DNA of 64,000 nt from contig JAVKOQ020000046.1 of the NCBI GenBank assembly GCA_031835245.2, positions 186,001 to 250,000 on the forward strand, written 5' to 3'. Positions within the stretch are counted from its first letter, which is position 1. The number at the start of each line of letters is the position of its first letter. This stretch comes from Balamuthia mandrillaris. Taxonomy: Eukaryota. Of the stretch, positions 1-11,465 are shown in pieces. The position numbers and the translations under genes are program-made. Below the pieces are notes generated by a model. That model saw only the letters and a program-made list of their open reading frames with translations, was not told the origin of the DNA and ran no database searches.

Positions 1-2409
1 GCCACCACCAACAGCCTCATCGACAAAGACTGCACAACCATTACCAGCAGCAACAAAGTCGCTCCGAGGAGGAGAGCACGCACAAAAGAGCCAGTGCTGA
101 GCTCGAACAAAACAACGAAGAGGAGGAAGAGGAGGCTGAACAGAGGGAAGAGGACAAAAGAGGAGGAGGAGGGACTCGAGATGAAGGAGCGGCAGACCTG
201 CAGCGGAGAAGAGAGTTTTACCAACAGGCGGAAGCCTTCAAACGAAGAAGACTCAGCTTGCCTGCGACTGGCCTTTCTCTTCACCCCTCTTCCATGGGTG
301 CGAGCGGTTTTGGAGGAGCACACCCCGCCATGTCAGTCGTGCCTAGGCAGGGACAGCTCGTGTCCACGGGAGGCGGTGGCCCTCCTGTTGGTGGCATGGT
401 GCCTCCCCCGCTGATGCCGTGGAAGCCTGTCACCAATCCTTCCAAGTTGGTTGGCCCTACTTCACAGACGTGCGTTGTTTCTTTGCATTTTTTTTGTTTT
501 TTTTTCTCCTTTTTGTCGTCACTTTCTTCTTCTGTTCTTTGTGTTTAGTAATGACTGGCATATATAGTGTGTTGAGAAGATTTCATCTAGACTCGGTTGT
601 GAAGTTGTTTGTTGTCTCTACAGAGCCAAACTATTCCATGCCAGTACGTCTGTTCTCACGCTCTTGCATTCTCCGATACTTACTCTTTTTTCTTTGTTTT
701 TAGTGGCAGATGAAGAAGCAGCGACATTCTACATCATCAGGTTTTGTAATAGCTGGAAGAAGGCTGTTGACGAACGCACATGCAGTTGCCTACCAAACTT
801 CAATAATGATCAGGAGGCATGGCGATGCCAGAAAATATGCAGCACAGGTGGATATTGTTTCCTTGCTCTTTCTTTTTGCGCTCTTTCTTCTTCTTCTCAT
901 ACAAATTCTCCTACATGCAATGAAGGTGGTGGCAGTAGGGCATGAATGCGATCTTGCTCTCCTTACAGTACAAGAAGATTCTTTCTGGGACGGATTGAAA
1001 CCTTTGCAATTCGGTGGTGTGCCGGTATGGATTTCTATTCTTTTCTGCTCTAGTTTGTTTTTTAACATATTAATGATTCCAATAGCATTTGCAAGAGGCG
1101 GTGACAGTGGTAGGTTATCCTACCGGCGGAGACAACATCTCTGTCACAACGGGAATCGTTTCCAGAGTTGACATGACCACCTACAGTCACTCTGGAATGA
1201 AGCTTTTAGCCATCCAAATCGATGCTGGTACTCTTTCGTTCTTATATTTTTTCTTCCTCCTTTCTCTCTATCTCTTTCCGGCTTTTTAATCTCCTAACAC
1301 TATTCTTAGCCATCAACTCGGGGAACAGTGGAGGACCGGCCTTCAATAAAACTTTAGATTCAGTGGTAGGAGTTGCCTTTGAAACCTTGTTGGATGCTGA
1401 GAACATTGGCTATATCATTCCCACTTTTGTCATCCAACATTTTCTGGGAGACATCGAGAAGAATGACACCTTTTTGGGTTTTTGTGACTATGGCATTACC
1501 GCCCAAACGACTGAGAATCCTCAACTGAAGCAGTACATGCATCTCAACAACGCGAGGGCTGGTATTCTAATCAACAGGGTTGCACCATTGGCTCCCATCG
1601 CCAAAGTTGCTCAGAAAACCGACATCATTCTCAAAGTAGATGACGTTGAGGTCTATATTATTCTGCTTTCGTCTCTTCCTGCTTCTTCATAGTTCAGACA
1701 AAGCTAACAGCAGGTTACACAAAACCAGATTGCTGATGATGGAACAATACCATTCCGCGACGGAGAGCGAATATCTTTTCGGTATATATTGATGAGCAAG
1801 CACAAAGGCGACAACCTGCGATTGACTCTCTGGAGAGATGCCAAAGAGGTCGAGGTGAGCATCCAAATGGAACCCATTCGACACTTGGTGCCCATTCATC
1901 AATACGACGAGATGCCCAGCTATTTTACCGTCGCCGGGCTTGTTTTTGTCCCTCTTTCTCGACCTTACTTACGGTACCCTTGCTTCTGCTCCTCTCTCCT
2001 TTCTTCCTCTTCCTTCTCCACACTTACCTGCTTTAATAAAAGCCACCAATGGGGAAAACATTGGAACCGAAAAGCGCCCGTCAGCTTGGTCTCTCACGCT
2101 CTCAGCGGGGAGCTAGAGTCTCCTGACCAACAGATAGTTGTTCTCTCCCAAGTTTTGGTGGCCGAAATCAACAGAGGTTACGTCCCTCTCACCAACATTC
2201 AGCTGCTGCAGTTCAACGGGCAGAAAGTGAAGAACCTGAAGCACTTTGCGGAGATGGTGGAGTGCTGCGAGGAGGAGTACCTTCGCTTCGACTTGGAGTA
2301 CGACAGGATCATCGTGATGGAGAGGGAGAAGGCCAAGCAGGCAAGCATTGAGATACTGAGACAGCATTACATTCCTTCCGCCAAGTCGCCTGACCTTATC
2401 ACGCCGTGA
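1..2409 (+). CDS. DegP/HtrA-family serine protease with PDZ domains (plant Deg2/Deg9/Deg10-like); multi-exon, 5' end lies outside the window
   Basis: Spliced ORF pieces give the catalytic triad contexts LTNAHAV (H), HECDLALL (D) and INSGNSGGP (S), plus [18 protein letters not shown] and a C-terminal PDZ-like segment ([14 protein letters not shown]...[10 protein letters not shown]). The frame is open from base 3; stop TGA at 2407-2409. Confidence 0.93.
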
Positions 2410-2540
2410 AAAAAAAAAAAAAAAAGAAAGTGCTCATGGTTTTTTTTGTTTTTGTTGCTTTTGTTTATACAAAAAAAAAGAAGAGAAAAAAAAGTGTGGC
2501 TCTTGTTAATAAAAATACTCTTTGTTTTTTAATAGTATAC

Positions 2541-5080
2541 TTAATCAAAAGTGATGTTCCAGGTCCTGAGAGAAGAGTCCTGTCCCACAGTGGCCACGGT
2601 GGAGTTATCCAACCACTCAATGGCGTTGATGCCGCCGTGATGGGCGCTCTTGATGGTGACCCTCTTGGTGGGCTGCTCAACCGACCAGATGATGATGTTG
2701 GTGTCGAGGGAGGCGGAGGCCAGGTGCTTGCCGTCGGGGCTCCAGCTGAGGCCGTTCACCTTGGCGGTGTGGTAGACCCAATCGCGCACGGCGACCTGGC
2801 CGTTCTTCCAGAGCACAATGTTTTTGGTCTTGTCGGCAGAGGCGAGGTACTGGCCGTCGGGGCTGTAGCGGAGGACGGTGATGGCGTCGCGGTGCTCAGT
2901 GAGGACGGCGCCGGCCTGAAGGTCGGATCCGCTCAAGCTGTACAAGTGAATCTTCTTGTCCTGTTGATTGTTTTGTCAGTTTCATGCAAAGTGAAGAAAA
3001 GAAAGATGATAATGAAACAGGGAAACAGTTTAAAAAAAGTGGGAGCAAAACGTACATCACCGCCGACGGCGACCTCGGAGTTGTCCGGAGAGATGGCAAA
3101 GGCCTGAGGAGTAAAGTCGACCTTCTTCCTGGAGGCAACCTGTCCGTTACGCAGCACCAAGATCTCCTTCTCAAAGTTGCCAGTGACGGCCAATCCCTTT
3201 TGAGTGGCAGAGACAGCCAAGTCGAATGGCTTGCCACCAGACCTCATGTGTTCGCCACTAATAGCATAAAAGATTAGAAATAAAATAAAACAAACAGCAA
3301 AAATAAAGAGCCAAAAAAAAAATGAGAGGAAAATAAGAAACAAGGCAGGAAACATACGTGAAGTCAGAGCCGTGAGGAGTGACGCGAATGGTATCGTCCA
3401 AACTGATGGACCACACGTCATCGCCCTGCACTCTCAACGAGACCACGCTGTTCTTGTGGCCATCTCCTCCGACCTGATCCACCTCTCCAGAGCTCTCATC
3501 CCAGCGGCAGACGATGCTGTCGTAGCTGCCGGTGTAGAGGGTGTTGGTGTCCTTGTGATAGGCAAGCGACTCGATGGACTTGTTGTGCCCCTTGAGAACC
3601 TTGGCAGGCTTGCCAGGGCTGCGCGGATCCAGGTAGGACAGATGGCCGGCAAGAGAGAGGGAGACGAGGAACTCGCCTTGCCACAAGCAACCCACTTGTT
3701 GATCTTCCACGTTTTCTCCAAGGCCAAAGGTACTATTTTTGTTTGTTGGTATTAGCTGAAAATAACTAAGATAGAAAGAGAGATAACGTACGTGACAACA
3801 TTGCCGTTGCTGACGTCAAAGATCTTACAAGTCTTATCACCAGAGGCAGTCAAAAGCTGAGTGCCGTCAGGAGACCAGCTGCAGCAGTAGATACCACCCT
3901 GGTGGTCCTCCTTGAGCTGCAACTTCTGGTCGCCGTTATCTCCATCAAAGATAAAGCCGAGCTTGTCCTGGCCGACAGAGGCAAAGAGGCTGCCATCAGG
4001 GCTGAAGCGGACGCAGTTGACGAAGCGGGTGTGGACGGTGACAGTCTTTTGCCACTTGAAGGGAGGACCCTCGAACCAGGAGAGACCAAGATCCTCAGAA
4101 CCAGTGACGATTCTGTAGGGCTTGCTGGGACGCCAGTCGCAAGATGTGATGGTCTTGGAGTGACCGGTAATTTGGCCACGAGAGGAACCAGTCTCAGCGT
4201 CGAACACATCTCCCATCCTATAACCGGACGAAAACCAATCAGAAAACGAGTAAAATGTATAGAGAATAACTGAAGGAAACGTACAATTCTCTGCCCATAC
4301 CGACGGCAACGATCCTCTTGCCTTCAGGATCCCAGGCCAAGTCATAGACGGCGCCACCAAGAGACCTCTTTTCAGAATACAGTTTGTGCACGGTGCCGTT
4401 GATGACAGGCACGTGCCACACGCGCACGGTACCAGTCTGATCGGCGGAGGCGATCATGTCGCCGTTCGGGCTGTAACGAGCCACAGTGGTGGGCCTTGGG
4501 TGCTCTATGTACATGTCCGCGGCCAATGGGTCCTTTTATCGTCGGAGTGAATAGAGAGTAGGGTGAGCAACGAAAGAACAAACGAGAAGAGCCTCATCAA
4601 CGAAGGGACAAATAGCAAACAACGCAGAGAGAGCAAAACGGAGAAACAAAGGGAAAAAATGGTACCCTAAGGCTGCGGATGATCACATCGTTACCAACAG
4701 TGTACAGGATGTTCTCTCCCTTGGGGTCTCCGCCCATGAGGGTGGGCTTGCCTCGGCTCACAGCGGGCAAAGGAGCGAACAAGTTTTCTGTGTAGGAGAC
4801 AAAGAGAATGAGTTGGTGTGACGAAAATATTTTAACAAAGGAGGGAGAGGGGAGAAAAAAAGAGAGAGAAGAGATACGCACTCTTCATGGTGTAGTTGTT
4901 CTCCATCTGAACGGGGGTGGAGGAGGAGGCACCGATGGAGACGGCCTGCTTGGGGGTAGCGGCAGCCAAAGCGGCCTTTCTCTTCTCATCCTCCTCGGCC
5001 CTGGCCGCGGCCTCCTTCTTCCTCATCTCCTCCTCCCTCTTCTTCTGGTTCTCCAACATGCGCTGCACCCTGTCCGCCAT
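2541..5080 (-). CDS. AIP1: Actin-interacting protein 1 / WDR1 (double WD40 propeller), multi-exon
   Basis: Signature segments LFAPLPAVSRGKPTLMGGDPKGENILY, GHSKTITSCDWRPSKPYRIVTGSED, FEGPPFK, HTRFVNCVRFSPDG, EDQQVGCLW and WVYHTAKVNGLSWSPDG. Confidence 0.93.
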
Positions 5081-5843
5081 TGTTGTGATGTGTGATGTGT
5101 GGGGGGTTGATTAACTTGCTGTTGTCCGCTCACACTGAAGTGACCTAATGAATAAAAGAAAAAAGAGTAGTGAACCGAAAAGAAAGCAAAAATTAAACGT
5201 CGCAAAATTGTGACACGAGGGGGTTGCAAGGTCTGATGCAAGCAAGAGGTGGAGCAGGACGAGATTTGGGCTCCATCCGAATCGCAGAAGAGAGATGACG
5301 TAAGGTGCACTCTCGGGAGAATAGGCGATTGGATCGGAGTTTCCGAAGAATTCCATGACGACGCGAAGAACATCCAAGGAAGAAAGCACAGCGAAGAAGA
5401 CTGCGAGTTGGATTTAGCGCTACTGCTCCCCTATTTATTTATTTTTGCCCCAAAGAGGAGGTAGTGGCAAAGCAGAAAAAGTGCGCAGTGTCGTCCCGCC
5501 GCCGCCGAAGAGAGACCCAGACCCTCCGTAGTGTTTTTTTTTCTTGCAAGCACGAGAAGAAAAAAGGAACTGTAGGAGCTCCCCGATCTTTGTTTGAGGT
5601 GAAAAGAAGAGGAAGAACCGATCACTGTCCGGTCTGCCAGCCAATACTTCGCTCACTTTAGTAGCTCGTCCTTGGTCGTTGCATCCAGCTGCTCGGTTTT
5701 TGTTTTGGTTTTGTGTTCCGATCCAATCTTTAAGGAAAAAAAAACAAAGAAGAACAACCAAAGCAGCAAAGCGTGTTTCACCTTCACAAGAAGACAAACC
5801 AGAGGTACTTGAGGTAATCGGTGAAACCAAGAGGAAAAAAACA

Positions 5844-8120
5844 ATGGCAGCAACGGATTCGCTGCCTTGGTGTCCCGACATGCTCAAAAGTGGGTTTTGC
5901 AAACGGGGAAAAGCCTGCCCCTATTCTCACGGTTCGTCTCTGCTCTCTCTCTGCTCTCTGCTCTCTGCTCTCTGCTCTCTGTCTCTCTGTCTCTCTGTCT
6001 CTCTGTCTCTGTCTCTCTGCCTCTCTGCCTCTCTGCCTCTCTGCTCTCTGCTCTCTGCTCTCTGCTCTCTGCTCTCTGCCTCTCTGCCTCTCTGCTCTCT
6101 GCTCTCTGCTCTCTGCTCTCTGCCTCTCTGCCTCTCTGCTCTCTGCTCTCTGCTCTCTGCTCTCTGCTCTCTGCTCTCTGCTCTCTGCTCTCTGCTCTCT
6201 GCTCTCTACTCTCTGCCTCTCTCCTCATTCCCTGAGTTCCTTCTTATGCCTTCAAATGAACAGATGTACCAACAACATCTGCTGGAGGAACGTCTTTATC
6301 ATCAGCAACCACTACAGCCCCATCCCGTTCCCTTATAGAGTCACAGTCTTCATCTTCCTCCGCTTCGGCTGCTCCTTCAGCAGTTCCATTCTCTACCGTT
6401 GCTGCTCCTGCCTCATCTTCCGCTTCTTCAGGAGGAGTGGCTGATCTTCTCGCGATGATTCTCAACCCTTCCTCCGTTCCTTCTTCAGCCCCATTATCTT
6501 CTTCCTTGCTTTCATCCACTCCACTTTCTTCCTTCTCCCCTCAACCCATTTCCACTCCTATCTCGTTTTCCTCTTCTCTTTCTTCTCCTTCCTCCATTTC
6601 TTCCTTTCCAACAACGTCATCACCATCACTTCCAATCAATAATACTGCTACCACTCTCTCTACCATTCAAGCACTTCTTGCTTCCGTTCAACAACCCTCA
6701 CAACCTCAACCTTCTTATGCTCCTTCCTTCTCAGGATGGCAACAATCACCTCCTCCTTTTCCTCAACAACAGCAACCACAGCCGTCACAACTAAATGACT
6801 TTTCTCAGTTGTTAACTCTGCTGCAACAACAACCACTGCAGACAACATCTGTTGCTGCTCCTGTATTTCCAATTTCTTCTTACCAACAACAACCTTCTTT
6901 TTCTACCGCTGTTACTCCTCCATCTCAAAAGTTAGAAGAGATAAATCAACAGATACAGCAGCTATGTTCCATTCTTGGACAATTTACTTCAACCGCTCCT
7001 TCTTCTCAACCATTCCAAACCACCCCTTCTCTTCCTTCTATTTCTTCCCATGTTCCCTCTACATCTGGTTCTTCTTATTCACCAGCTCCTTATTCTTCCT
7101 TCGAAGCAGACAACAGCTACCTGCCTCCTTCTCGCACGCGTCCTCTTTCTTCCTCATCACTATCTTCTTCTCACGTTTATTCCGCTCCTTATCACGACAA
7201 ACGAGCCGTAAGTGAAGCCTTCTCCAAAGCTCCAGCAAAGAGAACAAAGCACAACGATGAAGGTCGCGCCACCAATAAGACGAAACATGTCTCCATCGTT
7301 GAGCGTTGGAAGAGACAAAAGGTCGATAGGAAGGAGATCGCCTCCTCCCTTAAAACAAAGAGCGCGAAATCATCTATGCCTACTTCTGCTCTCCTCACCA
7401 AGCCTGCAAAAGGTTTGTATTCTTTGTATGTTGTCTTGTCCTTGCTTTCTTTATTCGTTTTAACAGTAAGTTACTCCAGATTCGAACTCTACGCCAGAAG
7501 CTACAGATACACCATCGTCTACATCCTCAATAAGCGCTCCTCCTTTATCATCACAAGAAACCTCCCCATCCTCCACCTCTTCTCTTTCTTCTAACAGCAC
7601 AGACATCTCTCAACCTCAAACACAAGTACCACAAAGGTCTTCAACCAACGGACTCAACAATGAACAACAGAAGGAGAAGCCTCAAACTCCTGTGCAACCT
7701 TCATCTTCTTCCTCTTCTTCCTCCTCGTCTTTTTCCTCCTCGTCTGCTTCCTCCTCTTCCTCTTCTTCTCGAGAACCACAACGCATAACATCAGCAATGC
7801 TGAAAGCCAAAGACATCATTAGCAAAGAACAATACCCCTTTGTGCCCTACGAAGGGCGTCCCAAAGTGCCGCGCAGCTTTCGGCAAAAAATGTTGGATAC
7901 CCTTCTGCAAGAAATGTTCATTCAGGAGCTCAACTCCCGTTTGAGCAACGAGGGCGAGGCGGTCAAAAACACTCCGCTGTTCGAGATGGACTTTGGAGAG
8001 GTCGTTTTGAAAGCCGTCAGGTTGGAGGAGGAGCTTTATGGCAAGTGTAAGAGCAAAGTGGTATATATGAACCTTTGCTCTCAAGCCATGCAGTCCATCA
8101 AGTCTTTCTCTTCTTCTTGA
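5844..8120 (+). CDS. CCCH zinc-finger protein with long S/P/Q low-complexity region and a C-terminal REXO1/EloA-BP1-like helical domain
   Basis: Exon 1 (5844-5931) encodes WCPDMLKSGFCKRGKACPYSH (C-x7-C-x5-C-x3-H). The last exon has PKVPRSFRQKMLDTLLQEM...AVRLEEELYGKCKSKVVYMNLCSQAM, resembling the REXO1 pre-nuclease helical domain. Confidence 0.65.
5938..6220. repeat. Intronic (CTCTCTG)n / (CTCTGC)n microsatellite
   Basis: Directly visible tandem repeat inside intron 5932-6263; it produces the spurious SALCSLL/AESREQR ORFs. Confidence 0.95.
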
Positions 8121-8177
8121 TGTAACAAATAAAATAAAAATCGTCCTCTTCTTCTTGTCTGCTTATTCAAAGGGCAT

Positions 8178-9788
8178 TCAGGTTGAAGTCGATACAGTGG
8201 GAGAAGAAAACAAAGAATTAAGAGTGGCTTGTTTGAGCTTCGCTCCTCCTTTCTTGGCAGCCAGTTGTTCGGAATTCGCCTTCATGCGAGCCACCCAGCG
8301 CTCATGCTCCTCTTTCTTTCTTCGTTTCTCTTCGTCTTCTTCGCCAGCAGTTTCTTTCTTGTTGTTTCTCGGTTTCTTTTTCGGCGTTGGTTGCCGCTCT
8401 GGTTGAAAGTCTTTCAGGTCGTCTTCTTCTTCGCTTTTCTCTCGCTTTCGTTTACTTCTAACTGTTGAAGAAGCAGAAGCAGAAGCAGAAGAGGAAGAGG
8501 AAGAAGCAGAAGCAGAAGCAGAAGCAGAAGAGAAGGAAGAGGAAGAAGTAGAAGAAGAGGCTAGTCGAGCTGCTTTCTCTTTCTCTCGTTTGGCCTTGAT
8601 GTCAGGAAAGCAAAGTTCAATCATGGACTTGGCAACGCGACGAAAGGTGTCTGGATTACACTCCGCCAGTAGCATCAGTTTCTTTCGGTCAATCTTCACT
8701 CTTGGCCGTATCTTTTTCTGCTTTGAACAGAGATACAATGCCACTCCTGCATATGCCTTTTGTATTGCGCAACAGGAGTAAGAAGATACAACATAAAAAT
8801 AAACATGAATGCAAACAAACATACAAACAACCAACGAACAAACAAATAAAAACGAGCATTACTGGCGAAGAAAGATCAATAGACTGAAGTTGACTGGCTG
8901 GAATAGAAGCTAAAAGCGCTTTCTTGTAACTATTATCTGTTAATATCAAGGTGGAATCGCGAGAGAGAGAGAGAAGGAGGAGGAGAGGAGAGGAGAGGAG
9001 AGGAGAGGAGAGGAGAGGAGAGGAGAGGAGAGGAGAGGAGGGAGAGGAGAGGAGAGGAAGGAGAGGAGAGGAGAGGAGAGGAGAGGAGAGGAGAGGAGAG
9101 GAGAGGAGAGGAGAGGAGAGGAGAGAGAGAGAAGACGCACTCCTCAACAACGGTTGTAGCGGCTTGACAGTAATGACCAGCCCCAAAGGCACGACAAAGT
9201 TCTTTCATGTCCACCTCAAGTCTTGTAATAGCAGGAACGCAAGTTAAAGTTGAAACACAACTTGAAAAGCAAACAGAAGAGCAAAGAGCAACCAACCGAA
9301 TGTCAAGCACGTTGCAAACTGCGTTAAGGGTGTCATTATAAGTCTTTTCCCTACAACCAGCACTCGCCACCGCTTTTTCTTTGTTAAAAGGAGCCTTTAG
9401 CCTGGTGAGGCAATACCCATGAGAAAAAGAAACCAAAATGTGGATAAAAACGAAAAAAACAAAACAAAAACGTACAAGCGAGCAGCTATTTCCGCACAAA
9501 CAGACCTAGTACACAAGCCTGACTGTGAGCAGAAAACAAAAAGGAAGTTGCGTTCTCGATGGATCAGCAAACACAAAACTAGCAACCACACACCAAAAAG
9601 CAAAAAGGTGTACGTACATCGCCAACGCCCGGAGGACATCGAACACGATACAAACGAAGCAACTCATCCGCCTTGCGCTGCACGGTCTCCTCATCCACCG
9701 CCACTTCATCTTCCTCCTCCTTCGTAACCACGCACAAGCCCCCCTCTTCGGTAGTCATCTTTCTACTCGTTATCTTCAGCTCTTCCAT
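8178..9788 (-). CDS. ORC6: Origin recognition complex subunit 6, multi-exon
   Basis: Exons give VQRKADELLRLYRVRCPPGVGD / LCTRSVCAEIAA / KAVASAGCREKTYNDTLNAVCNVLDI / DMKELCRAFG / IDLSSPV-YAGVALYLCSK...KIDRKKL, and a C-terminal HERWVARM...LKQATL, matching the ORC6 pattern. Confidence 0.85.
8961..9131. repeat. Intronic (GGAGA)n microsatellite (CTCCT on the gene's sense strand)
   Basis: Visible pentanucleotide tandem repeat within an ORC6 intron. Confidence 0.95.
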
Positions 9789-9834
9789 TACCGTTAACGT
9801 ATTCAATATTCATTTTTCGGGGAGGAAAAAAAAA

Positions 9835-9844
9835 GGCGGGAAAA
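9835..9844 (-). promoter_or_regulatory. Candidate E2F-binding site (TTTTCCCGCC) upstream of ORC6
   Basis: Plus strand GGCGGGAAAA matches TTTSSCGC on the minus strand, about 50 nt upstream of the ORC6 ATG. Confidence 0.55.
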
Positions 9845-10003
9845 TGAGGAATGCTAGGCATTAACATTATTTGCATATTTTGCGTGGTTGACATTTTTTG
9901 GTACTATCCAGGATTTGCTTTCTTCAGAAACCACCGAGAGGGCTTTCGTTCGTGTTTTCAAAAAAAAGTGTTCAAGCGTTGCGTCGTGAAGTTCGTTTTT
10001 TTT

Positions 10004-11434
10004 TTAACACAGCTCCAAGCGAAGCCACTGTACACGTTGCCATGAAGCCATGGACACCTTGAGTTCCCATTTGAGCTGCGCCCCGGTCCAGCATTGGCCA
10101 TTGTTGATGTAAGCATTGTCCAACAAGGAGAAGAGCTTGTAGTTGTTGCCGTCTTTGATCTGAGCGGCAGAAGCCACGTCGGGAGGAATGTAATAGCTGT
10201 TGCCAACGTCCTGTCCCGTATTCCACAGGTTGTGGAATACGAAGACCACATTGCTTCCGTCGGAAGCCCATTTCATCGATGCATATATCCTTCTCGAGAT
10301 AGATGTTTGAGTTAGCAAAGCTGAAGAAGAGAAAACGCTGAAGACAAAGGAAAGAAGTAAAAGAACGAGAAGAACAAGAAGAAAATGTCTCACCTAGTAT
10401 CAGCAGCGTTTCCTTGCTTAGTACGAAGGAAATAGAAGTTGGGAGAGGTTAGTGCTGCGTTGGAAAGACGAATGTTGATGAGCTTGTTATAGAACTTGAC
10501 GAGTTCTTCTCCTTGTGGGTTATAGTTGGGTTCACCAACAAAGCGTGATCTGATATAGTCCGATTTTTTGAAGCCCAATCCCCATCGCTCGCCTGTTTGT
10601 ATCAACGTCAGAACAAAACACCCAGATAAACGAAAGAGAAGTAGGAGAAGAATAACAAGCAAAAGAAAAGAACAAGCAAAAAAGCATACCAAACTCTTGG
10701 CCCATGAGAATCATAGGAGTGGACCATAGAGTGGCACCGATGCCCCAGAAGCCAGACCCTGTCCAAATGTCAAAGCCAGTACCTTCCAACAAACGGTGTT
10801 CGTCGTGAGTCTCAAGAGCTGTTTGCCAAACAAAAAGCAGAGTTAACAACAAACCGAGATGAGCGAAAATGAAAAAATAGTTAACATATTACCAGTCATA
10901 ACGAAGGTATCTCCATTGAAGCGGAGTGTGTTGGAAACTACCCGTTCCACAGAGTAAGCGTCCTTGTTGGGATTGCTTCTGCCACACATGTCGCCAACAT
11001 ACCCCTCTGTCTCAATATCCAACACTTGACCAATCGACATTTGTTCATGGAACTCCTATTTTTTAAAGAAAAGAATGTGAGACAAATTCGGGAGAGAGAG
11101 CGAGAGAAGAGAGAAAGAGACGAACTTCAGCCAAGTAAATAGGTCGAGGTTGACCTCTCTTAGCAGCATAGAAATCGACTTTAGTGGTGATATACTTCCA
11201 TTCGTTGGCAGCCATTCCACCGTTTGGGTCGGTGGTGTGGTCCAAACGGAAGCCACGAACGCCTCTACTGACCCAATAATTCATAACCCTGAACAAGTAC
11301 TCTCTGTTACGAACAAACTCCCAATTGTGGAGCACGTTGTTCTCGTGATGATACAAGAACTTGACGTCCTGTTCTCATTACATCAAGTTTTAGCCCGTTG
11401 CTCCCAATAAACGAGAGAGGGAGAGGGAGAGGGA

Positions 11435-11465
<31 letters not shown>

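Noticed and set aside
2406..3107. 233-aa plus-strand ORF and similar long antisense ORFs (e.g. 17325-17876, 45938-46714, 56919-57602)
   Set aside because: Antisense shadows of GC-rich coding exons.
5111..5700. Short ORFs in the spacer between AIP1 and the CCCH gene, including a minus-strand MQRPRTSY* mini-ORF
   Set aside because: No recognisable motif or consistent spliced frame; probably UTR or promoter.
5679..6444. Long ORFs with SALCSLL / AESREQR repeats
   Set aside because: Translations of an intronic microsatellite; not protein.
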